A DNA stretch of 64,000 nt from Klebsiella phage iPHaGe-KPN-11i, in the sequence record OR637327.1. One strand, written 5' to 3'. The notes below the pieces were generated by a model. The model saw nothing but the letters and a program-made list of their open reading frames with translations, was not told the origin of the DNA and did no database searches. This document shows positions 26,948 through 36,096 of this stretch, piece after piece; the stretch's first letter is position 1; each line of letters starts with the position of its first letter. Made by a program: the position numbers and the translations under genes.

Positions 26948-29194
26948 TCAAATTTTGCAACCTTCGCAATCTTCCGCTTCTTCCTCACCTGCACCGTCGC
27001 GGGTGTTGTGGTAGTACAGCGTTTTGATGCCGAAATAGTTTGCATACAGCAGATCTTCGAGGATGGTTTCAGATTTCACTTTACCATCTGGGAAGTTAGC
27101 CGGGTCATAGTTGGTGTTTGCAGAGATAGCCTGATCAACAAACTTCTGCATAACCGCTACATGAGACAGATAACCTTTGTTTCCACGTTTTGCCATTGTC
27201 CAGAGATAATCATAGAAGTCAATCTGATTATTCTGGTTTGGTACTACCTGATTGAATGAACCTTCTTTCGAAGATTTCACACTCACAGGGCCGCGCGGAG
27301 GTTCAATCCCGTTGGTTGAGTTACTCACCTGTGAGCTACTTTCACAAGGCATTAAAGCAGAAAGCGTTGAGTTACGCAAGCCATGTTTTTTGATTTCACC
27401 GCGTAACCATTCCCAATCGCAGTTATACACAGGTGATGCCAGTTCATCAACGTTTTTGCAGTACCAGTCAATAGGCAACAGCCCTTGTGCATATTTCGTT
27501 TCGTGGAACAGTCCACATGCACCACGTTCCTGTGCGAGTTCCATAGAGGCAACCAGCAGGTTAAATTGAAACGCTTCCATCAACTCATGAACGTTTCCGG
27601 CGTATGCTTCGGAGTAGTCGCAATAGTTGCTTGCCAGCCATGATGCATAGTTGGTAATACCAACACCCAGAGAACGACGCTGTTTGGCTTTCAGAGCCGC
27701 TGCAACAGGGTAGTTCTGATAATCCAGCAGGTTATCCAGTGCTCGTACTGCGATGCGTGTAAGGGCTGGGAATTCGCTTATATCGGCATTATCGAGAACG
27801 ATCGCCATAAGCGTACACAGTCCAATTTCGCCAGCCAGTTTATCATCGTCATCCAGTGGTGAAGTTGGGATCGCGATTTCACAGCACAGGTTCGACATAC
27901 GAACCGGAACAGAGAAACTACCCTGCTGGTTTACGTGATGACTGTTGAAAATGTAGTTGCGTCCGGTCTGTGCGCGTTCCTGAACAAGCAACTGGAACAG
28001 ATCTACCGCTTTGATGCGTTTCTTGCGTACCGTTGGGTCTTTTTCAAGACTGGTATACAGTTCTTCAAACTCAGTCTGATCCGCTTGATAGAACGCGTCA
28101 TACAGGCGATCGTTCGCAACGTCAGGGCTGAACAGAGTGATGTAATCGTTATTGATTAAACGCTTATACATCAAATCGTTAAGCTGTACGCCATAATCCA
28201 GGTGACGAATACGGTTTTCTTCAACGCCACGGTTATTTTTCAGAACCAGTAGGTTTTCAACTTCAAGATGCCAGATCGGATAATACAGGGTTGCTGCACC
28301 ACCACGAACACCGCCCTGGGAACAAGATTTAACCGCCGTCTGAATGTGTTTCCAGAACGGGATAACGCCTGTATGGACTGCTTCACCACCACGGATTTTT
28401 GAACCCATAGCGCGAATGTGTCCGGCGTTGACACCAATACCAGCACGTTGAGAGATATACTTCACGATCGCGGACGTAACAGCGTTCAGAGAACCCAGAG
28501 AATCACCCGATTCGATTACAACACAACTGGAGAACTGACGCGTAGGAGTACGCACACCCGCCATAATAGGCGTAGGCAATGACAGTTTACGATCCGAAAT
28601 CGCGTTATAGAAGTCAACCACATGACTGATTTTATCAGCGTGTTTTTCGTCCTGATGCAGACACATCGCGATCAGCATGAATGCATACTGTGGTGTTTCG
28701 TAGATGTCGCCGGACGTGCGATCCTGCAACAGATATTTCCCGATCAACTGCTGAACGCCAGCATACGAAAATTCAAAATCTTTATCGTGATTGATTTTCG
28801 ATTCCAGATAATCAATCTCCGCTGGAGTCCATTTTGCCAGGATTTCTTTATCGTATTTCCCAGCGAGAACCAGATTAGCGATGTGGTCGTAGAACGGAAT
28901 CGGGTCAAACTGTCCGTAAACGGTTTTACGAAGGGCGAACATTTCGAGGTTAGCCGCTACATACTGCCAGTCAGGTTCTTTTGCGGAGATTCGATCCGCT
29001 GCATACTTGATCGCTACAGCCTGGATCTGTTTGGTAGTCATACCATCACGAAGCAGGTCAACGACACTTTCAAGGAATGCGTTAACATCAATATTTCTTC
29101 CAATACTCGCCCAATTAAGGACTTTGAACAGTTTTTCTTTTTCGAACGTTTGACTTACGCCAGAAGACTTCACTACTGTTTTAATATCACTCAT
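26948..29194 (-). CDS. nrdA: ribonucleotide reductase large subunit NrdA
   Basis: 748 aa; ATP-cone N-terminus, catalytic NLCCEI and C-terminal CEGCKI redox cysteines. Confidence 0.9.
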   Translation of the reverse strand: MSDIKTVVKSSGVSQTFEKEKLFKVLNWASIGRNIDVNAFLESVVDLLRDGMTTKQIQAVAIKYAADRISAKEPDWQYVAANLEMFALRKTVYGQFDPIPFYDHIANLVLAGKYDKEILAKWTPAEIDYLESKINHDKDFEFSYAGVQQLIGKYLLQDRTSGDIYETPQYAFMLIAMCLHQDEKHADKISHVVDFYNAISDRKLSLPTPIMAGVRTPTRQFSSCVVIESGDSLGSLNAVTSAIVKYISQRAGIGVNAGHIRAMGSKIRGGEAVHTGVIPFWKHIQTAVKSCSQGGVRGGAATLYYPIWHLEVENLLVLKNNRGVEENRIRHLDYGVQLNDLMYKRLINNDYITLFSPDVANDRLYDAFYQADQTEFEELYTSLEKDPTVRKKRIKAVDLFQLLVQERAQTGRNYIFNSHHVNQQGSFSVPVRMSNLCCEIAIPTSPLDDDDKLAGEIGLCTLMAIVLDNADISEFPALTRIAVRALDNLLDYQNYPVAAALKAKQRRSLGVGITNYASWLASNYCDYSEAYAGNVHELMEAFQFNLLVASMELAQERGACGLFHETKYAQGLLPIDWYCKNVDELASPVYNCDWEWLRGEIKKHGLRNSTLSALMPCESSSQVSNSTNGIEPPRGPVSVKSSKEGSFNQVVPNQNNQIDFYDYLWTMAKRGNKGYLSHVAVMQKFVDQAISANTNYDPANFPDGKVKSETILEDLLYANYFGIKTLYYHNTRDGAGEEEAEDCEGCKI

Positions 29195-29208
29195 TATCTT
29201 ACCTTGTT

Positions 29209-29232
29209 AAGAAAGGGGCTTTCGCCCCCTTT
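29209..29232 (-). terminator. hairpin between td and nrdA
   Basis: Minus strand reads gggggcgaaagcccctttctt. Confidence 0.45.
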
Positions 29233-29234
29233 GT

Positions 29235-30089
29235 TTATACTGCCATAGCTGCTTTTAGCGAGCCGTGGTGATTATAGTCTTTCAAATGGATGGAGTCAAA
29301 GAATTCTTGATCCAAATCAAGTAAGCTATTTACCTTCGGCATTACGAGCGTCGGAAGTGGAAGCGGTGCGCGTTCCGGCTTCAACAACTCTTTCGCTTGT
29401 TCTACTGCGTTTTTGTAGATATGGACATCACCGCCAGTCCAAACCAGATCGCCCACTTCATACCCGCAAATATCAGCGATAATATGCGTCAGGAGAGCGT
29501 AGGAGGCGATATTGAACGGCAACCCTAAGAAGACATCAACTGAACGCTGATACCACTGTAGAGACAGTTTGCCGTTGATTACGACGAACTGGAAGAAACA
29601 GTGACACGGACGCAACGCCATATCATCCAGATCAACAGGGTTCCAGGCAGAAACGATGATCCCGCGATCGTCTGGTGTGGTTTTCAGTTGTTCGATGATT
29701 TTTGCAATCTGATCGACACCAGTGTAAAAACCTTCTTCACCAAACGAGCGCCATTGATGCCCGTAGATCGGCCCCAGATAACCATTCGTATAACCCAGCG
29801 CTTTAGCCTGATTTTCGTAGTTATCGTCCCAGATCGTCCGCTTATCGCTATCTTCGCCCCACGTCATTTTACGCAGTGTTTCCACGTTGGTAGAACCGGA
29901 CATGAACCATTGTAATTCATGCTTACACGGTTTGAAGAATAGCTGTTTGCTGGTAGTCGCTGGGAAACCTTCTGCGAGGTTCCAACGTGCTTGCATCCCG
30001 AAGATGCGCAGTGTGCCAACACCAGTACGATCGGTTGATTCAGTACCGTGTGTTAGAACGGTGTTGACGATATCAAGATATTGTTTCAT
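29235..30089 (-). CDS. td: thymidylate synthase
   Basis: MKQYLDIV...DRTGVGT...PCHCFFQF...DVFLGLPFNIASYALL are ThyA signature motifs; 284 aa, uninterrupted. Confidence 0.9.
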   Translation of the reverse strand: MKQYLDIVNTVLTHGTESTDRTGVGTLRIFGMQARWNLAEGFPATTSKQLFFKPCKHELQWFMSGSTNVETLRKMTWGEDSDKRTIWDDNYENQAKALGYTNGYLGPIYGHQWRSFGEEGFYTGVDQIAKIIEQLKTTPDDRGIIVSAWNPVDLDDMALRPCHCFFQFVVINGKLSLQWYQRSVDVFLGLPFNIASYALLTHIIADICGYEVGDLVWTGGDVHIYKNAVEQAKELLKPERAPLPLPTLVMPKVNSLLDLDQEFFDSIHLKDYNHHGSLKAAMAV

Positions 30090-30090
30090 T

Positions 30091-30684
30091 TTATGCCTTT
30101 TTCGTATGTCGGTCGACGATAATTTTTCTAACGCGTTCGTTTGATTCGATCTGTTGAATTTTGAAATCAGTCAGTTCATATTTCAGAACCGCTTCACAGA
30201 ATTCAGGAACCGTGAATGAAACATCACGTTTAAAAGCTGGCGCATTATATGCATGATGTCCGTAAATGTGCGTCACAACCACTTCGTCAACCAGTGTATT
30301 ATTGATTGCTTCCAGAAGCAACCCCTTACCGCCAATGAGACACACATCACGATCTGGATGCGTTGCTTTCATTACGTCGATTGCAGCAGACAACCCGCCA
30401 CCGTGGATGACATAATCAGCAATATCGCCTTTTTTGGTTTTTAGGAAACTACCAGAACCAGACAGAACACAATGGATTCGCCCTGGCAATTTACCAGGCA
30501 GAGAAGTAAAAGTGTTCGCACCCATGATCAGGACGCTATTTGCGGTTTCTGTTTTGAAGTTCTGCAAATCCTCTTTGCAGTGGCCCCACGGTAAACCCTG
30601 TTCATAACCAAACGCATAGTCCACTTCGTACATATCATGACCAACGGCGAAAACTGCTTTTACTTTGCTCATAGCGCGATCCAC
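30091..30684 (-). CDS. frd: dihydrofolate reductase
   Basis: GLPWGHCKEDLQNFKTET...IMGANTF matches the DHFR motif (GLPW...DLxxFK...MG..TF); ATGA-coupled to td. Confidence 0.85.
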   Translation of the reverse strand: MDRAMSKVKAVFAVGHDMYEVDYAFGYEQGLPWGHCKEDLQNFKTETANSVLIMGANTFTSLPGKLPGRIHCVLSGSGSFLKTKKGDIADYVIHGGGLSAAIDVMKATHPDRDVCLIGGKGLLLEAINNTLVDEVVVTHIYGHHAYNAPAFKRDVSFTVPEFCEAVLKYELTDFKIQQIESNERVRKIIVDRHTKKA

Positions 30685-30950
30685 ATTTTGTTGTCTTCAA
30701 TAGTCACGATGTAGCCCATAGCTTCAACCATGACGCGCAATTTGTCTTTACAGGCTTCATTGTACCCGCGAATCTTTTCAAATTCAACAGAAAAGATACT
30801 CAATCCGTTAACATGCGCGTTAATGATTTTGGATTCCAAATCGAAAACCATCACATCTAACGGACTCCATTCAACCGAATGAAGTTTTTCGCGGGTTAAC
30901 AGGGTTGTGTGTTTTGGTAGTTTCATTGGGGTACAGTTTGCCATAGCCAT
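30669..30950 (-). CDS. hypothetical protein
   Basis: 93 aa overlapping the frd start. Confidence 0.4.
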   Translation of the reverse strand: MAMANCTPMKLPKHTTLLTREKLHSVEWSPLDVMVFDLESKIINAHVNGLSIFSVEFEKIRGYNEACKDKLRVMVEAMGYIVTIEDNKMWIAL

Positions 30951-31156
30951 TGTTCCATTTTACGTAAATCTTCCTCTAACGGAGTGAAACCAAAGGATTC
31001 TTCGATCACACCGTCTTCCCATACATCAATTTCCAGAATTTCCGTTACCGGAGGGTTTGACATCACATGATCACGACATGCAGCCATAGCGGTCATAATG
31101 GAATTTGTTACTGTCAGGGTATTGCCCTGAACCGATACCTGAATAATCATACTCAC
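30923..31156 (-). CDS. hypothetical protein
   Basis: 77 aa. Confidence 0.4.
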   Translation of the reverse strand: MSMIIQVSVQGNTLTVTNSIMTAMAACRDHVMSNPPVTEILEIDVWEDGVIEESFGFTPLEEDLRKMEQWLWQTVPQ

Positions 31157-31208
31157 CTCATAAAAAAAGGGAACTGCTTTTCAACAGTTCCCATTATAGC
31201 ATAACCAG

Positions 31209-32984
31209 TTAGTATTTCAAGCGCCAAAGAGCTATTGCTTCATCAACTGCTTTTTTAATTTCTTCCGGCGTGTCTTTGCGTCCGGCTTTAACCAGGGCAG
31301 AGAGCATAGAACGAATGGTTGCATTCATCTGTGACTTCTCACGATCCATCTGTGCCTGATGCGCCTTATCAACCGCTGGGGCTTCTTTCTTCGCTGCCTG
31401 TGGTTTCGTAGGCTGTGCGCCTAACTCGTCCTTAGCTTGCGTTTCAGTGCGTTTCTGTTCGGCTTCTTTCTTCACATGAGGTGCGGAGAATTTACCAGCC
31501 TTGAAGTTATCACGCATACCTTCCAGGATCTTACGGGCTGTGTACCAGTCAGCAACACCACGAAGTTGTTTCAGGGTATCAACCAGCAAACCGATACTTG
31601 CGCCTTTGCTATCCTCGTCAATGTCGATATCTTTCAACCATTCAACATGTTTCTGACCGGAGTGCATGAAATCAAAGCTGCTGAAACTCCAGAAACCTTT
31701 GCGGTTGCTGATCTCGCGTTTGAAGTGGAAAGTCAAACCCGCGCCGTTATCAAACTCACCGTAGTTACTGCGGAATGTTGCCCCTGCTTGTTTCAGTGCG
31801 TTGAAATAGTCATCTTTATTGATGCGGTTAACGGTGCGTTTTGGTTTCTCTTCCGGCGCTGGTGCTGCTGCTTGCTGTGCGGTACGTTTAACAAAAGATG
31901 CTGAACGATGCCCCGCTGCAAACTCTGCGTTCATCCGGTCGATTACCGCTGCGATGCCGCTTGCGTCTGGTTTCACTTTCTGCATTTCTTTGAAAGTGTC
32001 GATGATCATATCCAGACATGCACCGTCTTCATCTTCCAGCATAGTACCTTTCAGACGTTCAGCAGGTTTGAATTTGTTCACAGTTGGGTCAACAACATAC
32101 TGGAACACATACGCGCCTTTACGCATGAATACGTGACGGTAGAAGTGAACTTTATAGTGTCCAACATCAACAATAACATCGTTACCGCTAACCTTCGCAC
32201 CCAGGATACGGGCAAAGGATGTCATGTAGTCCGCGCGTTTGAACTTGAGATCCTTCTTAGTCGGGCTAAAGATGGATTCCAGTTTCTTAGTAGGGAACAG
32301 GCTTTCCGGCGTGATTTTGTCTGGGTTCTTGCCCCATTGGTAATCACGGCTTGCCATTTTGTGTTTCTTCGTACCAACCAGAACCAGAGTATTAACTGAT
32401 ACGTTACCCAGTGCGGACGCGTCCGGCGCTGCTAAACCTTGACCGTTCGGCGGTTGACAAGAGAAAGAGAAGTCAAAGAACGCATCACCAGAGGTGAAAC
32501 GATATGTCGCGTGAACAGTATGACCGCGAACTTCGCTGATTGACTGAGTATAGGTTGTTGGTTGTCCGGTGAATTTCGTGAAGTATTCCGCGAACTCTTG
32601 CGCGTTGAATTTCGTGCTGAAATAGTTTTTCGCAACCACGAAATACGCTGCAAATTTTTCTTCCCATGCTTTTTTGTTTGCTGCGTGTTCTGCGCGAACA
32701 TCACTGTAAGTTTTACCAGCGCTGTTTGTTTTGGTTACAACGTCATACGCCTGGTTGATTTTCTGCATGAGTTCAGTGCTACCACCACGGTCGGGGTGAT
32801 TGCGCAGAGAAGCACGTTTAAAGAGCTTTGACAGTTCAGCTTTAGATTCGTCGCCAGTAGCGCCCAAAATCTTCAATGCTTCGCTGTGTGACATTTGTTC
32901 GTTAATCATTTTCCGTTCCTCAAAATAAAAGCCCATGTAACTCAGTACACGGGCAACTTTAAGGTATTTATGTTTTGCTGTCAA
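31209..32984 (-). CDS. J-domain (DnaJ-like) protein with large uncharacterised C-terminal region
   Basis: N-terminal EALKILGATGDESKAELSKLFKRASLRNHPDRGGSTELMQKINQAYDVV is a canonical J domain with the HPD motif; about 500 further residues have no recognisable domain. Confidence 0.75.
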   Translation of the reverse strand: MTAKHKYLKVARVLSYMGFYFEERKMINEQMSHSEALKILGATGDESKAELSKLFKRASLRNHPDRGGSTELMQKINQAYDVVTKTNSAGKTYSDVRAEHAANKKAWEEKFAAYFVVAKNYFSTKFNAQEFAEYFTKFTGQPTTYTQSISEVRGHTVHATYRFTSGDAFFDFSFSCQPPNGQGLAAPDASALGNVSVNTLVLVGTKKHKMASRDYQWGKNPDKITPESLFPTKKLESIFSPTKKDLKFKRADYMTSFARILGAKVSGNDVIVDVGHYKVHFYRHVFMRKGAYVFQYVVDPTVNKFKPAERLKGTMLEDEDGACLDMIIDTFKEMQKVKPDASGIAAVIDRMNAEFAAGHRSASFVKRTAQQAAAPAPEEKPKRTVNRINKDDYFNALKQAGATFRSNYGEFDNGAGLTFHFKREISNRKGFWSFSSFDFMHSGQKHVEWLKDIDIDEDSKGASIGLLVDTLKQLRGVADWYTARKILEGMRDNFKAGKFSAPHVKKEAEQKRTETQAKDELGAQPTKPQAAKKEAPAVDKAHQAQMDREKSQMNATIRSMLSALVKAGRKDTPEEIKKAVDEAIALWRLKY

Positions 32985-33005
32985 TAGATTTTTTCGAAAG
33001 ATAAG

Positions 33006-33025
33006 AAAAAGCCCCCGAAGGGGCT
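33006..33025 (-). terminator. rho-independent terminator (minus strand)
   Basis: Minus strand reads agccccttcgggggctttttc. Confidence 0.55.
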
Positions 33026-33063
33026 TTAGTTATGAATTTTCTTCCACTGATTCTGTTGCGCAA

Positions 33064-33882
33064 CTACTTTTTGAAAGTTTTTGTGATGAACATGATGGTG
33101 CTTAAATGTTCAGGTGCTACGGTTTCAGTGTATCCATCTTTCATCTGGGTTTTGGATACATAACCAGTTTTACCAGATAATTGTTTCTTGATCTCTTTCT
33201 CGATCTCTAAAGGAATATTACCATCTTCGAAATGAAATTCTTCAAACAATTCATGAGTAAAACGAGATTTATTAATCTGTCGTTTCATTCGAAATTCTAC
33301 AGTGTTATTAGTGATCCCGAACTTGATCGCGTAAAGAGCACTATTTTTAAATAATTTCTGAACATAGAAATTACCTGGTTTATTTGGACGATAGCCATAC
33401 ACACAACAATCACAACAACGAGTTCCACTATTAACAAAATTATTATATGACATAGAATTGTTATGTCCTTTTGGACAAGTAAAACTAAATTTAGATTCAA
33501 TTCCATTATAACCATCATCAAATTTTATATTGGTATAGTCAGGTGCAACTTTTTTGATATTATCAACTGCTTGTTTTTCTGTATGTCTGCGATTTGCTAC
33601 ACATTTTTTACACCGCTGACCATAGTTAAAAAACTTAAAATAACTCATGAAATGGCTATGTCCTTTTGGACAAATGAAGTTAAATTTAGTGTGATTGCCT
33701 TTCCAGGGTAATATCCATCCATTAAATATAAACCCTTCTTTTTTACATAAATACAACAAATTTTCTTCAAAGAAAGAAGGATGTTTTGCTGCCCCGCGTT
33801 TTACGAAAGGAATATCTTTAGCCATTACCAGTTTTACAGAATCTTCACAATTACCGCACATCACATTCATCCTTTTGTCCAA
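33064..33882 (-). CDS. Cys-rich zinc-ribbon repeat protein with GIY-YIG-like C-terminal segment (possible mobile nuclease)
   Basis: Repeated CPKGH-x-MSY...C..C units; GNFYV...YAIKFGIT resembles a GIY-YIG core; locally AT-rich; PeSL-like promoter immediately upstream. Confidence 0.45.
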   Translation of the reverse strand: MDKRMNVMCGNCEDSVKLVMAKDIPFVKRGAAKHPSFFEENLLYLCKKEGFIFNGWILPWKGNHTKFNFICPKGHSHFMSYFKFFNYGQRCKKCVANRRHTEKQAVDNIKKVAPDYTNIKFDDGYNGIESKFSFTCPKGHNNSMSYNNFVNSGTRCCDCCVYGYRPNKPGNFYVQKLFKNSALYAIKFGITNNTVEFRMKRQINKSRFTHELFEEFHFEDGNIPLEIEKEIKKQLSGKTGYVSKTQMKDGYTETVAPEHLSTIMFITKTFKK

Positions 33883-33965
33883 TTCGTTTCGATGTGTGTA
33901 ATATACAAAAACCCCTCACATAATGCAAGGGGTTTTTGAAAAATTTAATCAACTGGCGAAAATTT
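33883..33965 (-). promoter_or_regulatory. PeSL-like cassette (TTGATT -35, hairpin, TATATT, leader ACACATCGAAACGAATTGGACAAAAGGA)
   Basis: Minus strand is nearly identical to the cassettes at 13640-13722 and 59876-59948. Confidence 0.55.
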
Positions 33966-34146
33966 CTTCGAGAAACCAGACAGTAGATTTGTTGTTTTTT
34001 ACTCGCGTAAGCTCTAACTGATTGTCTTTAAAGGCTTCTTCGACATCAACCATAGTAACAACGTGCTTTTCGTTGGTGATGTGATTATGAAGATAGTAAC
34101 GCCGGATTTCCGGCGTTGTCAGTAAGGTAAATTCGCGTTCTAGCAT
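33949..34146 (-). CDS. hypothetical protein
   Basis: 65 aa downstream of gene 46. Confidence 0.35.
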   Translation of the reverse strand: MLEREFTLLTTPEIRRYYLHNHITNEKHVVTMVDVEEAFKDNQLELTRVKNNKSTVWFLEEIFAS

Positions 34147-35831
34147 TTTCGGATCTCCATCTTCGAGAAGCGCCCCAATTTAGCCATGACGATATGACGA
34201 TCGAAATCACCAGGGTCTAAATCGTTGTGGCTAATCACCATGATATTACCATCAATACCATTCAGAACAGCCCCTACAGCAAACGCACCTTCCTTATCGA
34301 GAGCGTTATCAAAAACTTCGTCCAGAATCAGCAGAGACAGATCCACGCCTGATACTTTACTTGTCACGTCACGCCATGTGAACAGAATAGACAAGTTGAT
34401 GCGAGCGCGTTCGCCTTGACTGAATGACGCATAACTGAAATCATCGCGCCCCAGTGATTTGATCGATTCGTTGAACTCGTCATCTAAAGTGAACTGATAA
34501 TCCGCACCCAACAGATCCAGATAATATGCTATCTGTTTGTTGAAGTACGGAATATAGCGCTTAACAATGCTGGCCTTAACGCCGGAATCTTTCAACATAT
34601 CAGTAACAATACCACGAATGTATTTTTCCTTGACGTAGCCTTGTCGTTTTTCGTTCAGTTCTGCTTCCTGCTGTTGCAACTGCTTCACGGGTTCTTCATC
34701 AATGACTACTTCCGCGCTTGCCTGTTCCATGATCGCCTGTGCTCGTTTAGCGTTGGCAACTTCGTTTTGCAGTGTACCTTTCAGGGCTTCATATTTGGTT
34801 TTCAGGGCATTGAGTGCGCGTTGCTGTTGAAGCAAGTCATTCATGATCCCTTGTAACTCGTCTTGTTTGGTTTTGATCAGGGTTAAACGCTGTGTACCCG
34901 CTTTGATGTTCTCTGCGATCTCCGCCATACGCTCAGGAGTGGGTTTAATCGCTTGCTTACAGGCCGGACACTCACCGCCTTTCTGATACATCACCTCCAG
35001 CTTTTTAAACTGTTCTACAGTCATTGAAAGCCGCGAATAACCATCACGGAGTTTGTTGATATCTTCCGTCCGGTCTTCTCCAGCGATCACCGATTCCGCA
35101 ATCTCCGCTTGCAACTGCATAAGCTGTGCTTTGATGTTCTTTGCGGTTTCTACGTGACTATCGTAGATCTCTTTGTATCGGGCGTTGTTCTGGTTCGCTT
35201 TCGCTCGCTGTTCGTCAATGAAGCGCTGATGTGTTGCGATCTGCTGCTGGATGTGATTACCCTGCATTGAGAGCGTATCCAACTGCTGATTAACACCGCG
35301 AATGTATGACTTGTTCAGCTTATCCATTTCACTGATGACGGACAGAGACAGCAAATCTTCAACCAGTTTCCGGCGTTCTGGGGTTTTCAGTTCCATGAAT
35401 GGGGTGTAACCCGCTGTACCCAGAACGATAACCTGTTTGAAGCCCACAAGGTTGATGTTCAGCATAGATTCAAGCTGTGCCTGATAATCACCTGCTGCGG
35501 AGTCTTCCGGCAACTTCTCACCGTTCTTCCAGATCTCGAACACCTTCGGCTTTTGTCCGCGCACCACTTTGTACGAGTCTTTCCCGTATTCGATTTCCAG
35601 TTCAACCAGGCATTTCTTTTTGTTGACGCTGTTCACCAACTGCCCGACTTTTAGATCGCGGAATGACTTACCGAACAGGGCATAGGTTAACGCCTCGATC
35701 AGTGTCGATTTACCGCCACCGTTTTTCCCCGTGATCAGGGTTTTCTTTGCTGTATCAAATTCCAGTTCGATCGGGGTATTCCCGACCGACAGAATATTTT
35801 GATACTTAATTTTTTTGAAGTTTAGTTTCAT
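34140..35831 (-). CDS. 46: recombination endonuclease subunit gp46 (SbcC/Rad50-like ATPase)
   Basis: Walker A TGKNGGGKSTLIEAL, long coiled coil with central CPACKQ zinc hook, C-terminal signature/Walker B (LLILDEVFD). Confidence 0.85.
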   Translation of the reverse strand: MKLNFKKIKYQNILSVGNTPIELEFDTAKKTLITGKNGGGKSTLIEALTYALFGKSFRDLKVGQLVNSVNKKKCLVELEIEYGKDSYKVVRGQKPKVFEIWKNGEKLPEDSAAGDYQAQLESMLNINLVGFKQVIVLGTAGYTPFMELKTPERRKLVEDLLSLSVISEMDKLNKSYIRGVNQQLDTLSMQGNHIQQQIATHQRFIDEQRAKANQNNARYKEIYDSHVETAKNIKAQLMQLQAEIAESVIAGEDRTEDINKLRDGYSRLSMTVEQFKKLEVMYQKGGECPACKQAIKPTPERMAEIAENIKAGTQRLTLIKTKQDELQGIMNDLLQQQRALNALKTKYEALKGTLQNEVANAKRAQAIMEQASAEVVIDEEPVKQLQQQEAELNEKRQGYVKEKYIRGIVTDMLKDSGVKASIVKRYIPYFNKQIAYYLDLLGADYQFTLDDEFNESIKSLGRDDFSYASFSQGERARINLSILFTWRDVTSKVSGVDLSLLILDEVFDNALDKEGAFAVGAVLNGIDGNIMVISHNDLDPGDFDRHIVMAKLGRFSKMEIRKC

Positions 35832-36096
35832 TTAAAATCCGTTCACATAATTCAGTGATCATTTGAACAACTGATGAATCAATACTATATGATAGCGTAT
35901 CATCTTCCAGTGTATCAAGCATGAAGATTGACCATGTTCTTGATGAATGCCATGCACCCTTCATGATGGTCAAACAAACTGCGCTGGTTTCCCCTGCTTC
36001 GTCGGATGTGGAAATGATGTGCTTCATTCCCAACATACGCAACAGGTGAGAATATCGGGGGTTCGCCCCGAAATATTCATCATAACGGCTATGCAC
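35806..36096 (-). CDS. hypothetical protein
   Basis: 96 aa between genes 47 and 46. Confidence 0.4.
   Translation of the reverse strand: MHSRYDEYFGANPRYSHLLRMLGMKHIISTSDEAGETSAVCLTIMKGAWHSSRTWSIFMLDTLEDDTLSYSIDSSVVQMITELCERILNETKLQKN

Noticed and set aside
25734-30089. Group I introns or homing-endonuclease insertions in td and nrdB, as in T4
   Set aside because: Both genes are uninterrupted single ORFs of the expected length (284 and 391 aa) with collinear motifs. No intron was seen.
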